DNA from: the human T2T-CHM13v2.0 reference genome, Homo sapiens
Length of the DNA stretch: 64,000 nt
Assembly: GCF_009914755.1 (NCBI RefSeq)
Contig: NC_060928.1
Direction: 5' to 3' (one strand)
Shown: in pieces, positions 30,101 to 43,599 of the stretch
Layout: every line of letters begins with the position of its first letter
How positions within the stretch are numbered: position 1 is the stretch's first letter
Notes under the pieces: generated by a model
Database searches by the model: none
Seen by the model: the letters and a program-made list of their open reading frames with translations, nothing else
What the model was told of the DNA's origin: nothing
Translations under genes and position numbers: made by a program

Positions 30101-33100
30101 CCCTTCCTTTCGAGTCCATTCGATTACTGTCCATTCCATTCCACTCCTTTCCTGTCCATTGCATTCCATTCTATTCGATTGTATTCCATTCGAGTCAATT
30201 CCATCCAAGTCCTTTCCTTTCTAATCATTTAAATTCGAGTACATTCCAATCCTTTCCATTCCATTTTGTTCCATTCCATTGGAGTCCATTCCATTCTAGT
30301 CTATTGCATTACAATCCATTACAATCGAGTCCATCCCATTCTTTACCATTCCATTACATTACGTTACATTCGAGTCCATTCCATTCGAGTCCATTCTTTT
30401 GAGTCCATTCCATTGCAGTCCATTCCATTAGATTCCACCCCATTCGATTCCATTCTAATCGACTGCATTCCATTCGAGTCCATTTTGTTTAATTCCATTC
30501 CATTTGAGTGCATTCCATACAAATCCTTTTCATTCAAGTCCATTTCATTCAAGTACATTCCATTCCAGTCCTTTATATTCGAGTATATTCCATTCCATTC
30601 GATTCCATTCCATTCCATTTTGTTCTATTCTATTTGATTGCATTCCATTTGACTCCATTCCATGTGAGTCCATTTGATTCCAGTCCTTTCCGTTCCAGTC
30701 CTTTACATTCGAGTCCATTCCATTCCATTCCACTCCGTTTGATTCCATTCCATTTGATTGCATTTCATTCCCTTCGAATCCATTCCATTCGATTCCATTC
30801 CATTCGATAGCATTCCTTTCAAGTCCATTCCATTGGAGTCCATTCCATTCGAGTCCATTCCATTTCAGTCCATTCCATTCGATTCCATTCCATTCCATTC
30901 CATTCTATTCCATTCCATTCCGTGCGAAACCGATCCCTTCCAGCCCATTTCATTTGATTCCTTTCCATTAGATTCCATTCCATTCGATTGCGTTCCAATC
31001 GAGTCCATTCCTTTCGCGTCAATTCCATTCGAATCCATTGCATTCGAGTCCATAGCATTCCATTACATTACATTAGAGTCCATTACCTTCCATTCCATTC
31101 TATTCTGTTCCTTTTCATTTCATTGCATTTGATTCCATTCCATTCGGGTCCATTCCATTCGAGCCCTTTCCTTTCCATTCCATTCCATTCGAGTCCATTC
31201 CACACCATTCCATTCCACTCCAGTCCACTCTATTCGGTCCCATTCTAATTGATTCCATTAAATTCGATTCGATTCCATTCCATTCCATTCTATTCCAGTC
31301 CTTTCTATTGCATTTCATTCCATTCCATTCCATTCCGTTCGATTCCATTCCATTTCATTCAATTCCATTCAATTCATTTAAATTCTATTCGATTCCATTC
31401 CATTCAATTTGATTCCATTGCATTCCACTCCATTCCATTCCATTGCGTTCCTTTCCATTTCATTTAATTGCATTCAATTCCATTCCATTCCATTCCATTC
31501 CATTCCATTCCATTCCATTCCATTCTTTTGCCTTCAATTCCATTCCGTTCGACTCCAGTCCTTTGGAGTCCGTTCCATTCTGTTCCATTCCATTGCTTTC
31601 AATTACATTTCATTTGACTCCAGTCCTTTGGAGTGCATTCCATTCCATTCCATTCCACTCCACTCCACTATACTCCATTCCATCCAACTCCACTTCCTTC
31701 CATTCCACTCCTTTGCAATCCATTAACTCCATTCCATTCTATTCCATTCCTTTCCATTCCATTGCATTACATTCCACTCCACTCCATTATACTCCATTCC
31801 GTTCAATTCCATTCCTTCCCCTTCCATTCCATTTGAGTCCATTCAACTCCACTCCCGTCTTCTACATTCAATTCCATTCCATCCCATTCCATTCCAGTCC
31901 ATTCCACTCCACTCCACTTCACCGCAATCCATTCGATTCCATTCCGTGCCATTCGACTCTTTTCAATTTGATTCCATTCCATTTGATTCCATTCCATTCG
32001 ATTTCATTCCATTTAATTTGATTCCACTCCATATGATTCCATTCCATTTGATCCCTTTTCATTTGATTTCATTCCATTCTATTCTGTTACATTCAATTCT
32101 GTTACATTCCATTCCATTCCTTTGGATTCCATTCCCTTCCATTCCATTCCATTCCATTCCTTTCCAGTCCATTCCTTTCCAGTGCATTCCAATCAATTCC
32201 ATTCAATTTGTTTCCATTCCATTAGATTCCATTCCTTTCAAGTCCATTCCATTCGAGTCCATTCAATTCTAGTCCATTCCATTCCAGTTCATTCCATTTG
32301 ATTCCATTCCTTTCCATTCCGTTAAATTACATTCTATTGTATTTGATTCCAATCCATTCTAGTCGATTCTGTTCGTCTATTCCATTCGATTCCATTCCTT
32401 TCAATTCCATTCCATTTGATTCCATTACATTCGATTCCATTCCATTCTATTGCATTCCATTTGAGTTCATTCCATTCCAATCCATTCCATTCGGGTCCAC
32501 TCAATTCCGGTCCATTACATTTGATTCCATTCCATTTCATTCCATTCTATTCCATTCCATTCCATTCTGTCCGATTCCATTGCATTAGATTCCATTCCAT
32601 TAGATTCTTTTCCTTTCATCTACATTCCACTCAATTACATTCCATTTGATTCCATTCCATTCTATTCCATACCATTCCGTTCCATTCGTTTGCATTCCTA
32701 TTCCATTCCATTCGATTCTATTACCATCGATTCCATTCCTTTTGATTCCTTTCCTTTTTAGTCCTTTCTATGCGAGTCCATTCCTTTCGAGTCCATTCTA
32801 TTCCAGTGCATTCCATTCGAGTCCATTCCATTCCATTAGATTCCATTCCATTCAAGACTTCCACTTGATTCCATTCCTTTTGATTCCATTCCATTTCATT
32901 CCATTCCATTGCATTCCATTCCATTGCATTCCATTTGAATCCTTTCCATTCAAGTCGTTTCCATACCATTCTGTTCCATTACAATGGATTCCTTTCATTT
33001 CGAGTCCATTCCATTCGACTCCACTCCATATGAATCCATTCAATTCCAGCCCATTCCATTTGATTCCATTCCATTCAATTCCATTCCATTCAAATGCATT

Positions 33101-36100
33101 CCATTCGAGTCCATCCCATTTGAATCCATTCCATTCATGTTCATTCTATTCGAATCCATTCCATTCGTGTCCATTCCACTCCATTCCATTCCATTCCATT
33201 CCACTAGATTCCATTCCAGTTGTTTCAATTCCATTCGAGTCCATTCCTTTCTATTCCATTCCATTCGAGAATGTTCCCTTTCAGTCCATTCCATTCCAGT
33301 ACATTTCATTCCAATCCATTCCACTCGATTCCATTCCAATCCATTCCATTCAATGCCATTCCATTCCTTGTGATTCCATTCCTTTTGATTCCATTCCATT
33401 CATTTAGATTCCATTCCATTTGAGTCCATTCCCTTTGAGTCCATTACATTCGAGTCCATTCCATTTGAGTCCACTCAATTCGATTCTATTCCATTCGATT
33501 CCATCCCATTCTATTCCATTCCATTCAAAGGCATTCCATTCCAGTCCATTCCATTTGAATCTATGCCACTCAAGTCCATTCCATTCAAATCCACTCCATT
33601 CGATTCCATTCCATTTGAATCCATTCCATTCCAATCCATTCCATTATAGTCCACTCCATTCGATTCCATTCCATTCCATTCTCTTCCATTCCATTCCATT
33701 CCTTTCCATTCCATTTCATTCCAATCCATTCCATTCCATTACATTCTATTCCTTGCCATTCAATTGCATTCCATTCAAGTCAGTTACGTTCGAGTTAATT
33801 CCTTTCCAGGCCATTACATTGGAATACATTCCGTTCCAGTACGTTACATTTCATTCGATGCCATTTTATTCTAGAACATTCCATTCCAGTCCAGTCCATT
33901 CATTTCCATTGCATTCCAGTCCATTCCATTCGATTCCATTCCATTCCATTCCAGTCCATTCCATTCAAGTCCATAACATTCGAGTCCATTCCATTCCAGT
34001 CTGATACATTCAGTTCCATTCCATTCCATTCTATTCAATTTCTTTTGATTCCATTCCTTTCGAGTCCATTCCATTGCAGTCAATTACATTCGAGTCCAAT
34101 CCATTCCATTCTAATTCATTCCATTCCATTCGGTTCCATTCCATTCCTGCCCATTAAATTCGAGTCCAATCCATTCCTTTCCTATTCATTCCATTCCATT
34201 CGGTTCCATTCCATTCCTGCCCATTACTTTCGAGACCATTCCATTTCATTCTATTCCATTTCATTCCATTTGGTTCAAATCCATGCTATTCCAACCGATT
34301 CCATTTGATTCCATTCCATTCCATTCCATTCCATTCCATTCCATTCCTTTCCTTTCCATTCGAGTCCATTCCATTCGAGTACGTTGCATTCAGTTACATT
34401 CCATTTGAGACCTTTCCTTTGCAGTCAATTGCATCTGAGTTCATTCCAATCCGGTCTATTACATTGGATTCCATTCCATTAGATTCCATTGCATTCGATG
34501 CCAGTCCTTTGGAGTCCATTCCATTCGAGCCCTTTCCATTCTATTCAATTCCATTCCATTCCATTCCATTCGATACCATTCCATTTCATTCCATTCCTTT
34601 AGTGTCCATTCCATTCTAGTCCATTCCAATCGATTCCATTCCATTTGATTCAATTCCTTTCCAATCCATTCCATTCAACTCCATTCCAATAATTCCATTC
34701 AACTCGATTCTTTTGCAGTCCATTCCATTGCATTAGATGCCATTCCATTCAAGTCCATTCCACTCGATTCCATTCAATTCCAGTGCATTGCATTCGAGTC
34801 CATTCCATTTGATTCCATTCCATTCCGTTACTTTTCATTCCGTTCCATTCCATTATATTCGATTCCTTTCAATTCGAGTCCATTCCATTCCAGTGCATTC
34901 CATTCGGTTTCATTCCATTCAATTCATTCCATTTGATTTCATTACATTCGATTCTATGCCATTCGTTTGCATTCCATTCGAGCTCATTCCCTTCCAGTCC
35001 ATTTCATTCGAGTCCATTCCATTCCAGTCTACTACATTCGAGTCCTTTCCATTCCATTGCATTCCAATCAATTCAATTCTATTACATTCGAATCCATTTC
35101 ACTCAATTCCATTCCATTCTTTTCTATTCCATTCCATTCCTTTCCATTCTATTGCATTCCATTCGTTTGCATTTCATTAGATTCCATTCCATTCGATCCC
35201 ATTACATTCTGTTCTATTCCATTCCATTCCATTTCTTTCTTTTTGAGTTCATTCCATTCTAGTCCATTCCATTCTAGTCCATTCCATTCCTGTCCACTCC
35301 AGTCGAATCCATTCCATTCCATTCCATTCCATTCCATTCCATTCCATTCCATTCCATTCTAGTAGATTCTATTCCAGTCGATTCCATTCCATTCCATTGC
35401 ATTCCATTCGATTGCATTCCATTCGATTCCATTCCATTAAATTCGATTCCATTCCATTCAATTCCATTCCATTCAATTCCTTTCCTTTTGAGTCCATTCC
35501 ATTCGAGTCCATTCTTATCAATTCCATTTCCTTCCAGTCCATTCCATTCGATTCCTTTCCATTTGATTCTATTCCATTCGATTCTGTCCGGTTCGATTCC
35601 ATTCCATTCGATTACATTCCATTCGAGTCCATCCAATTGAATCCATTCCATTCCAGTCCATTCTATTAGAATCCATTCTATTCGTTTCCATTCCATTCCA
35701 TTTTATTGCATTCGTGTCCATTCCATTCAATTCCATTCTCTTTGAATCCATTCCATTCCAGTCCATTCCATTCGAGTCCATTCCATTCCAGTACATTTCA
35801 TTCGGGTCCATTCCATTCGATTCCATTCTATTCCTTTCCATTCCATTCGATTCCATTCCATTCGATTAGATTCCATTTGGGGCCGTTATATTATACTCCA
35901 TTCCATTAGAGTCCATTCCATTCCAGTCCATTCCATTGCATTCCACTCAATTCCATTCCATTCCATTCAATTCCAATTCATTCCAGTCCATTCCATTCCA
36001 GTCCGTTCCATTCCTTTCCTTTCCATTCCATTCCATTCCTTTCAAATCCATTCCATTCAATTCCATTCCATTCCATTCCATACCATTCGATTCCATGCCA

Positions 36101-36895
36101 TTCCAGTCCATTCCTTTTGAGTCCAGTCCATTCCATTCCTTTCAAATCTATTCCATTCCATTCCATTCCATTCCATTCCATTCCATTCCATTCCATTCCA
36201 TGCTATTAGATTCCATTCCATTCCATTGTGTTACATTCATTTCCATTCCATTCCATTTGAATCCATTCCATTCTATTCCATTCCATTCCATTTGAATCTA
36301 TTCCATTCTATTCCTTTCCATTCCCTTCCCTTCCATTCTATTCCATTCCATTTGATTTGATTCGATTCCATTCCATTCCAATCCATTCCATTCCATTAAA
36401 TTCTATTCCATTCCTTTCGATTCCATTTCAGTCAATTCCATTCCATTCGATTCCATTCCACTCCAGGCCATTTCATTCGAGTCCGTTCCATTCCATTAAA
36501 TTCTATTCCATTCCATTCCACTCCATTCCATTCCCTTCTTTTCCATTCCATTCCTTTCCTTTCAGGACTATTCCATTCCTGTCCAGTCCATTCGAATCCA
36601 TTCCATTCCATTTGCTTCCATTCTGTTCGATTCCATTCCATTCAATTGCATTCCATTCCTTTCGAATCCATTCCGTTTCCATTCCTTTTGTTTCCATTCC
36701 TATCCATTCGAGTCCGTTCCATTCCACTCGATTCTATTCCATTTGATTCCATTGCATTCGAGACCGTTCCATTCTGTTCCATTCAATTCGATTCCATTCC
36801 ATTCGATTAACTTTCATTAGATTCCATTTCATTTGATTCCATTCCATTCGAGTCCATTCCATTCCATTCCATTCCAGTCCATTCCATTCGAATCC
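21166..36895 (+). repeat. HSat3 subdomain, CGATTC/GAGTC/CAGTC/TGATTC dialect (TaqI- and HinfI-site rich)
   Basis: Dense cattcgagtcc, ttcgattcc, ttgattcc and ccagtcc among CCATT runs; CCACT depleted. Confidence 0.88.
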
Positions 36896-37235
36896 ATTCT
36901 ATTCTATTCCACTCCATTCCATACCACTCCGTTCTACTTTACTCCACTCCACTACACTAAATTCCATTGTATCCAACTCCATTCCATGCCATTGCACTCC
37001 TTTCCTCTGCACTGCACTCCACAGCGCTCCATTCCACTCCATCCCATTCCATTCTGCTCCATTCAACGGCAATCTTCTCCACACAACTCATCTCCACTTC
37101 ATTCCATTCCATTGCATTCCATTCCATCTCATTCCATTTGTCTCCATTCCAGTCAACTCTAATTCACCCCACTCCTCTCCACTTCGGTCCACTCCATTCG
37201 ATTCCATTCCATTCCACTGCATTCTGTTCTATTCC

Positions 37236-37299
37236 TTTCTTTCGAAAGTATCTCACTCTATCACCCAGCCTGCAGCGCAGTGGCAGAATCTCAGCTCAC
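37236..37299 (-). mobile_element. Alu 3'-end fragment, variant A
   Basis: gtatctcactctatcacccagcctgcagcgcagtggcagaatctcagctcac. Confidence 0.8.
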
Positions 37300-37522
37300 A
37301 TTTCATTTCACCATTCCATTGCATTCCATTCCACTCTATTCCACTCTACTCCACTCCACTCCAATCCATTCCACTCCACTCCACTCCAGTCCATTCCACT
37401 CCACTCCTTTCCATTCCATCCCATTTCATTCCACTCCTTTCCACTCCACTCCAATCCACCCCACTCCATTCCATTCCACTCCATTCCATTCCATTCCATT
37501 CCACTCGTTTCCTTTCCATTCC

Positions 37523-37586
37523 TTTCTTTTGACAGGATCTCATTCTGTCACCAAGGCTTGTGTGCAGTGGCACAATCTCATCTCAC
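37523..37586 (-). mobile_element. Alu 3'-end fragment, variant B
   Basis: gacaggatctcattctgtcaccaaggcttgtgtgcagtggcacaatctc. Confidence 0.8.
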
Positions 37587-37709
37587 ATTTTACTTCACCA
37601 TTTCATTCCATTCCATTCTATTCCACTGCACTCCACTCCACTGAATTCTACTCCACTCCACTCCAATCCATGCCACTCCATTCCATTCCAATCTCTTCCA
37701 TTCCACTCC

Positions 37710-37772
37710 TTTCTTTCGACAGGATCTCCCTGTGTCATACAGGCTGTAGCACGTGGCACAATCTCAGCACTC
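37710..37772 (-). mobile_element. Alu 3'-end fragment, variant C
   Basis: gacaggatctccctgtgtcatacaggctgtagcacgtggcacaatctcagcac. Confidence 0.75.
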
Positions 37773-38285
37773 ATTCCTTTTCACCATTTCATTCCATTCC
37801 ATTCCATTACATTCCATTACACTTCATTCCATTCCTCTGCATTCCATTTCACTCTACTCCAGTCCACTCCACTCCATTTCATTCCACCACATTCCATTCC
37901 ACTCTTTTCCACTCCATTCCACTCCATTCCATTTCATTCCACTCCATTCCATTCCACTCCACTCCTCTCCACTCCATTCCACTCCACTCCACTCCATTCC
38001 ACTCCACTCCATTCCATTTCATTCCATTCCACTCCATTCCATTCCCTTCCACTCCATTCCATTCCCTTCCATTACATTCCATTCGATTGCATTCCACTCC
38101 ACTCCACTCAATTCCTCTCCCTTCCATTCCACTCCACTCAATTCCTTTCCATTCCATTCCTTACCATTCCATTCCACTCCACTCCATTCCATTCCATTGC
38201 AGTCCACTCCACTCCACTCCGCTCCACTCCACTCCACTGCTCTCCTTTTCGTTCCATTCCATTTCACTCCATTGCATTCCATTCC

Positions 38286-38347
38286 TTTCTTTCGACACTA
38301 TATCACTGTGTCACTCAGGCTGGAGAGCAGTGGCACAGTCTGCTCAC
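38286..38347 (-). mobile_element. Alu 3'-end fragment, variant D
   Basis: tatcactgtgtcactcaggctggagagcagtggcacagtctgctcac. Confidence 0.78.
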
Positions 38348-38760
38348 ATTGCATGACAGCATTCCATTTCATTGCATTCTATTCCATTGCATTCCATTGA
38401 ATTCCATTACATTCCATTCTATTCCATTCCATTCCGTTCCACTCCACTCCACTCCACAACATTCCATCCCATTCCACACCACTCCACTCCCCTGCATTCC
38501 GTCACATCCAATTCCATTCCACTCCATTCCACTCCTCTCCACTCCCCTTCTCTCTACACCACTCCATTCCACTCCATCCCATTCCATTCCGCTCCATTCC
38601 ACTGGACTCCGCTCCTCCCCACTCCACTCCACTTCATTCCATTCCATTCCATCCCATTGCCTTCCTCTCCATTCCACTCCACTCCACTTCACTCCACTCC
38701 AATCCACTCCCGTCCACTCCATTCCATTCCATTCCACTGCATTGCATTCCATTCCATTCC

Positions 38761-38824
38761 TTTCTTTCGAGAGTATCTCACTCCGTCACCCAGCCTGGAG
38801 AGCAGTGGCACAATCTCAGCTGAC
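38761..38824 (-). mobile_element. Alu 3'-end fragment, variant A
   Basis: gagagtatctcactccgtcacccagcctggagagcagtggcacaatctcagctgac. Confidence 0.82.
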
Positions 38825-39037
38825 ATTTAATTTCACCATTCCATTCAATTCCGTTCCATTCAGTTCCATTCTGCTCTACTCCACTCCACTCCATTGCAAT
38901 CCATTCCACTTCACTCCACTCCATTCCATTCCACTCCACTCCTTTCCTTTCCATCCCATTCCATTGCACTCCTTTCCTCTCCAATCCACTCTACTCCACT
39001 CCATTCTATTGCATTCCACTCCATTAGATTGCATTCC

Positions 39038-39100
39038 TTTCGTTTGAGAGGATCTCACTCTGTCACTCAGGCAGGAGTGCAGTGGCACAATCTCAACCCA
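39038..39100 (-). mobile_element. Alu 3'-end fragment, variant B
   Basis: gagaggatctcactctgtcactcaggcaggagtgcagtggcacaatctc. Confidence 0.82.
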
Positions 39101-39224
39101 TTTTTCATTTCACCATTCCATTCCATTCCATTCCACTGCACTCCACTCCTATCCATTGAATTCCACTCCACTCCACTCCAACATATTCCATTCCGTGCAA
39201 TTCCAATCCCTTCCATTCCACTAC

Positions 39225-39288
39225 TTTCTTTTGACAAGATCTCCCTCTCTCACACAGGGTGTAGTGCAGTGGCACAATCTCAGCACAC
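39225..39288 (-). mobile_element. Alu 3'-end fragment, variant C
   Basis: gacaagatctccctctctcacacagggtgtagtgcagtggcacaatctcagcacac. Confidence 0.78.
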
Positions 39289-39631
39289 CTTTCTTTTCAC
39301 CATTCCATTCCACTCCATTCCATTCCGTTCCATTCCGTTTCATTCCATTGCATTCATTTCCATTGCATTCCATCCCACTCCATTCCATTCCATTCCACTC
39401 CATTCCATTCCATTCCATTCCACTCCATTCCATTCCATTCCACTCCACTCCATTCCATTCCATTCCACTCCACTCCATTCCATTCCACTCCACTCCATTC
39501 CATTCCATTCCATTCCACTCCACTCCATTCCATTCCACTCCAATCCATTCCACTCCACTCCTCTCCACTCCACTCCTCTCCACTCCGCTCCACTCCATTC
39601 CATTCCATTCCATTCCATACCATTCCTTTCC

Positions 39632-39695
39632 TTTCTTTCCAAAGGATCTCACTCTGTCACAGAGACTGGAGTGCAGTGGCACAATCTCAGCTCAC
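39632..39695 (-). mobile_element. Alu 3'-end fragment, variant E
   Basis: ccaaaggatctcactctgtcacagagactggagtgcagtggcacaatctcagctcac. Confidence 0.82.
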
Positions 39696-39873
39696 ATTTC
39701 TTTTCACCATTCAATTACATTCCATTCCATCCCATTCCATTCCTCTCTATTTCACTCCACTCCACTCCATTCCACTCCATCCCATTCCAGTTGACTCCTT
39801 TGCACTAAACTCCATTCCCTTCCACTCAATTCCATTCCATTCCATAACATTTCACTCCATTGCATTCCATAGC

Positions 39874-39937
39874 TTCCTTTCCACTGTATATCACTGTGTC
39901 ACCCAGGCTTGAGTGCAGTGGCACTATCTCAGCTCAT
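39874..39937 (-). mobile_element. Alu 3'-end fragment, variant D
   Basis: tatcactgtgtcacccaggcttgagtgcagtggcactatctcagctca. Confidence 0.82.
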
Positions 39938-40403
39938 ATTACATGTCAGCTTTCCATTTCATTGCATTCTATTCCATTGCATTAAATTGCATTCCATTTC
40001 TTTCCGTTACATCCATTCCATTCCATTCCTTTCCCTTCCATTCCACTCCGTTCGACTCCACTCCACTCCACTCCTCTACATTCCATTACATCCGATTCTA
40101 TTCCACTACATTACACTCCTCTCCACTCAACTACACTCCACTCCACTGCATTCCATTCCATCCCAATCCATTCCGCTCCATTCCACTGCACTTCCCTCTA
40201 CCCCACTCCACTCCACTTCATTCCATTCCATTCCATCCCATTCCATTCCCCTCCATTCCACTCCACCCCACTTCTCTCCAATCCACTCCTCTCCAGTTCC
40301 CTCCATTCCATTCCTTTCCATTTCATTCCATTCTATTCCATTCCATTCCATTCCATTCCATTCCATTCCATTCCATTCCATTACACTGCATTCCATTCCA
40401 TTC

Positions 40404-40468
40404 CTTTCTTTTGAGAGTATCTCACTCTGTCACCCAGCCCGGAGTCTAGTGGCACAATCTCAGCACAC
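40404..40468 (-). mobile_element. Alu 3'-end fragment, variant A
   Basis: gagagtatctcactctgtcacccagcccggagtctagtggcacaatctcagcacac. Confidence 0.8.
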
Positions 40469-40636
40469 ATTTCATTTCACCATTCCTTTCCATTCTATTC
40501 TATTTCATTCCATTCAGCTCTACTCCACTCCAATGCGTTCCACTCCACTCCATTCCATTCCACTCCTTTCCATTCCACCCCTTTCAACTCCACTCCCCTC
40601 CAATCCACTCCATTCCGTTCCACTCCATTCTATTCC

Positions 40637-40700
40637 TTTGTTTTGATGGGGTCTCACTCTGTCACCAAGGCTGGTGTGCACTGGCACAATCTCAGCTCAT
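40637..40700 (-). mobile_element. Alu 3'-end fragment, variant B
   Basis: gatggggtctcactctgtcaccaaggctggtgtgcactggcacaatctcagctca. Confidence 0.82.
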
Positions 40701-40828
40701 ATTTCATTTCACCATTCCACTCCAGTCCATTCCATTCCACTGCACTCCACTCCACTCCACTCAATTCCATTCCACTCCACTCCAATCCATTCCATTCCAT
40801 TCCATTCCAATCCCTTACGTTCCACTCC

Positions 40829-40892
40829 TTTCTTTTGACAGGATCTCCCTGTGTCACACAGGCTGTAGCACAGTGGCACAATCTCAGCACAC
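40829..40892 (-). mobile_element. Alu 3'-end fragment, variant C
   Basis: gacaggatctccctgtgtcacacaggctgtagcacagtggcacaatctcagcacac. Confidence 0.78.
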
Positions 40893-41310
40893 ATTTCTTT
40901 TCACCATATCATTCCATTCCATTCCACTCTATTCCTTTCCATTCCAATCCCTTCCACTGCACTCCACTCCACTCCATTCCACTCCACTCCACTCCACTCC
41001 ATTCCACTCCATGCCACTCCTTTCCACTCCACTCCACTCAATTCCATTCCACTCTACTCCACTCCACTCCACTCCTCTCCATGCCACTCCAATCCATTCC
41101 ACTCCATTCCACTCCATGCCACTCCATTCCACTCCACTCCAATCCATTCCACTCTATTCCACTCCACTCCACTCAATTCCACTCCCCTCCACTACACTCC
41201 ATTCCACTCCACTCCTCTGCACTCCACTCCACTCCCCTCCACTGCATTACATTCCACTCCACTCCACTCCCGTCTTCTGCATTACATTCCACTCCATTCT
41301 ATTCCATTCC

Positions 41311-41374
41311 TTTCTTTCCACAGGATCTCACTCTGTCACAAAAGCTGGAGTGCAGTATCACAATCTCAGCTCAC
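41311..41374 (-). mobile_element. Alu 3'-end fragment, variant E
   Basis: ccacaggatctcactctgtcacaaaagctggagtgcagtatcacaatctcagctcac. Confidence 0.8.
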
Positions 41375-42156
41375 ATTTCTTTTCACCATTCCTTTGCATT
41401 CCATTCCATCCCATTCCATTCCACTCTATTTCATTCCACTCCACTCCACTCCACTCCATTCCGTTCCACTCCATTCCACTTCACTCCATTCCATTCCATT
41501 CCATACCATTCCACTGGACTCCACTCCATTCCACCCCATTCCACTCCACTGCATTTCACTCCATTCCACTCCATTCCACTCCACTGCACTCCACTCCACC
41601 CCACTCCATTCCACCCCATTCCACTCCACTGCATTTCACTCCATTCCACTCCATTCCACTCCACTGCACTCCACTCCACCCCACTCCATTCCATTCCACT
41701 CCATTCCTTTCCATTGTACTCTATTCCATTCCATTCCTCTCCTTTCCATTCCATTCTACTCCACTCCATTCCGCTCCAGTCCATTCAACTCTACTCCTCT
41801 CCACTCCACTCCATTCCATTCCATTCCACTCCATTCCATGCCATTCCATTCCACTCCACTCCTTTCCATTCCATTCCACTGCACTCCATTCCACTCCACT
41901 CCTTTCCATTCCACTCCACTCCACTCCATTCCACTCCCCTCCATTCCACTCCACTCCATTCCACTCTACTCCTCTCCACTCCACTCCATTCCACTCCACT
42001 CCATTCCACTCTACTCCTCTCCACTCCACTCCATTCCATTCCACTCCATTCCATGCCATTCCATTCCACTCCCTTCCACTCAACTCCATTCCACTCTACT
42101 CCATTCCACTGCACTGTACTCCATTCCATTCCATTCTACTCCATTCCATTCCATTC

Positions 42157-42221
42157 CTTTATTTCTACTAGATCTCACTCTGTCAACCAGACTGGAGTTC
42201 AGTGGCACAATCTTAGATCAC
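42157..42221 (-). mobile_element. Alu 3'-end fragment, variant F (singleton)
   Basis: gatctcactctgtcaaccagactggagttcagtggcacaatcttagatcac. Confidence 0.78.
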
Positions 42222-42524
42222 ATTTCATTTCACCATTCCATTCCATTCCATTCAATTCCATTCCATACCACTCCATTCCACTCCACTCCACTCCACTTAA
42301 TTCCATTATATCCGATGCCATTCCACTCCATTCCACTCCTCTCCTCTCCACTGCACTCCACTCCATTCCACTCCATCCCATTCCATTCTGCTCCATTCCA
42401 CTGCAATCCCCTCCACCCCACTCATCTCTATTTCATTCCAATCCATTCCATCCCATTCCAGTCCACTCCACTTCACCCCACTCCATTCCACTCCATTCCA
42501 TTCCACTGCATTCCATTCTATTGC

Positions 42525-42588
42525 TTTCTTTTGAAACAATCTCACTCTGTCACCCAGCCTGGAGCGCAGTGACAAAATCTCGGGTCAC
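42525..42588 (-). mobile_element. Alu 3'-end fragment, variant A
   Basis: gaaacaatctcactctgtcacccagcctggagcgcagtgacaaaatctcgggtcac. Confidence 0.8.
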
Positions 42589-42796
42589 ATATCATTTCAC
42601 GATTTCATTCCATTCCATTCCATTCCACTCCACTCCACTCTTCTCCACTCCTCTCCAATCCATTCCACTCCACTCCACTCCACTCCATTCCAGTCTACTC
42701 CACTCCACTCCATTCCATCCCACGCCATTCCACTCCTTTCCACTCCACTCCACTCCACTCCATTCCATTCCATTCCACTCCATTCCATTCCATTGC

Positions 42797-42860
42797 TTTC
42801 TTTTGACAGAATCTCACTCTGTCACCCAGGCTGGTGTGCAGTGGCACAGTCTCATCTCAC
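42797..42860 (-). mobile_element. Alu 3'-end fragment, variant B
   Basis: gacagaatctcactctgtcacccaggctggtgtgcagtggcacagtctcatctcac. Confidence 0.85.
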
Positions 42861-42973
42861 ATTTCACTTCAGCATTCCATTCCATTCCATTCTATTCCAC
42901 TGCACTCCACTCCACTCAATTCGACTCCACTCCAGTCCAATTCATTCCATTCCAATCCCTTCCATTCCACGCC

Positions 42974-43037
42974 TTTCTTTCGACAGGATCTCCCTCTGTC
43001 ACACGGGCTGTAGTGCATTTGCACAGTCTCAGCACAC
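42974..43037 (-). mobile_element. Alu 3'-end fragment, variant C
   Basis: gacaggatctccctctgtcacacgggctgtagtgcatttgcacagtctcagcacac. Confidence 0.75.
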
Positions 43038-43535
43038 ATTTGTTTTCACCATTTCATTCCATTCCATTCCATTCCGTTCCATTCCATTCCATTCTATTAC
43101 ACTACATTGCATTCCACTGCATTCCATTACACTCTACTCCAGTCCACTCCACTACATTCCATTCCACTCTTTTCCACTCCATTCCACTCTATTCCGTTCA
43201 ATTCCTCTCCATTCCATTCCACTCCACTCCACTCCTATCCACTCCATTCCTCTCCACTCCACTCCATTCCACTCCACTCCATTCCATTTCATTCCATTCC
43301 ACTCCATTTCATTCCTTTCAATTACATTCCATTCGATTGCATTCCACTCCACTCCACTCCGTTACTCTTCATTCCACTCCACTCCACTCCATTCCATCCC
43401 ATTCCTTTCCATTCCATTCCATTCCTCTCCACCCTATTCCAATCCATTGCATTCCACTCCACTCCACTTTACTCCACTCCACTCCTCTCCACTCCATTCC
43501 ATTCCATTCCATTTCACTCCATTGTATTAAACTCC

Positions 43536-43599
43536 TTTCTTTCGACCGGATATCACTGTGTCACCCAGGCTGGAGTGCAGTGGCACAATCTCTGTTCAC
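43536..43599 (-). mobile_element. Alu 3'-end fragment, variant D
   Basis: ggatatcactgtgtcacccaggctggagtgcagtggcacaatctctgttcac. Confidence 0.87.

Noticed and set aside
21166-36895. Calling the TCGA-rich domain HSat2
   Set aside because: CATTCGATTC occurs, but the recurring GATGATTCC 23/26-bp structure typical of HSat2 is nearly absent and pentamer phase dominates; left as HSat3 pending k-mer classification
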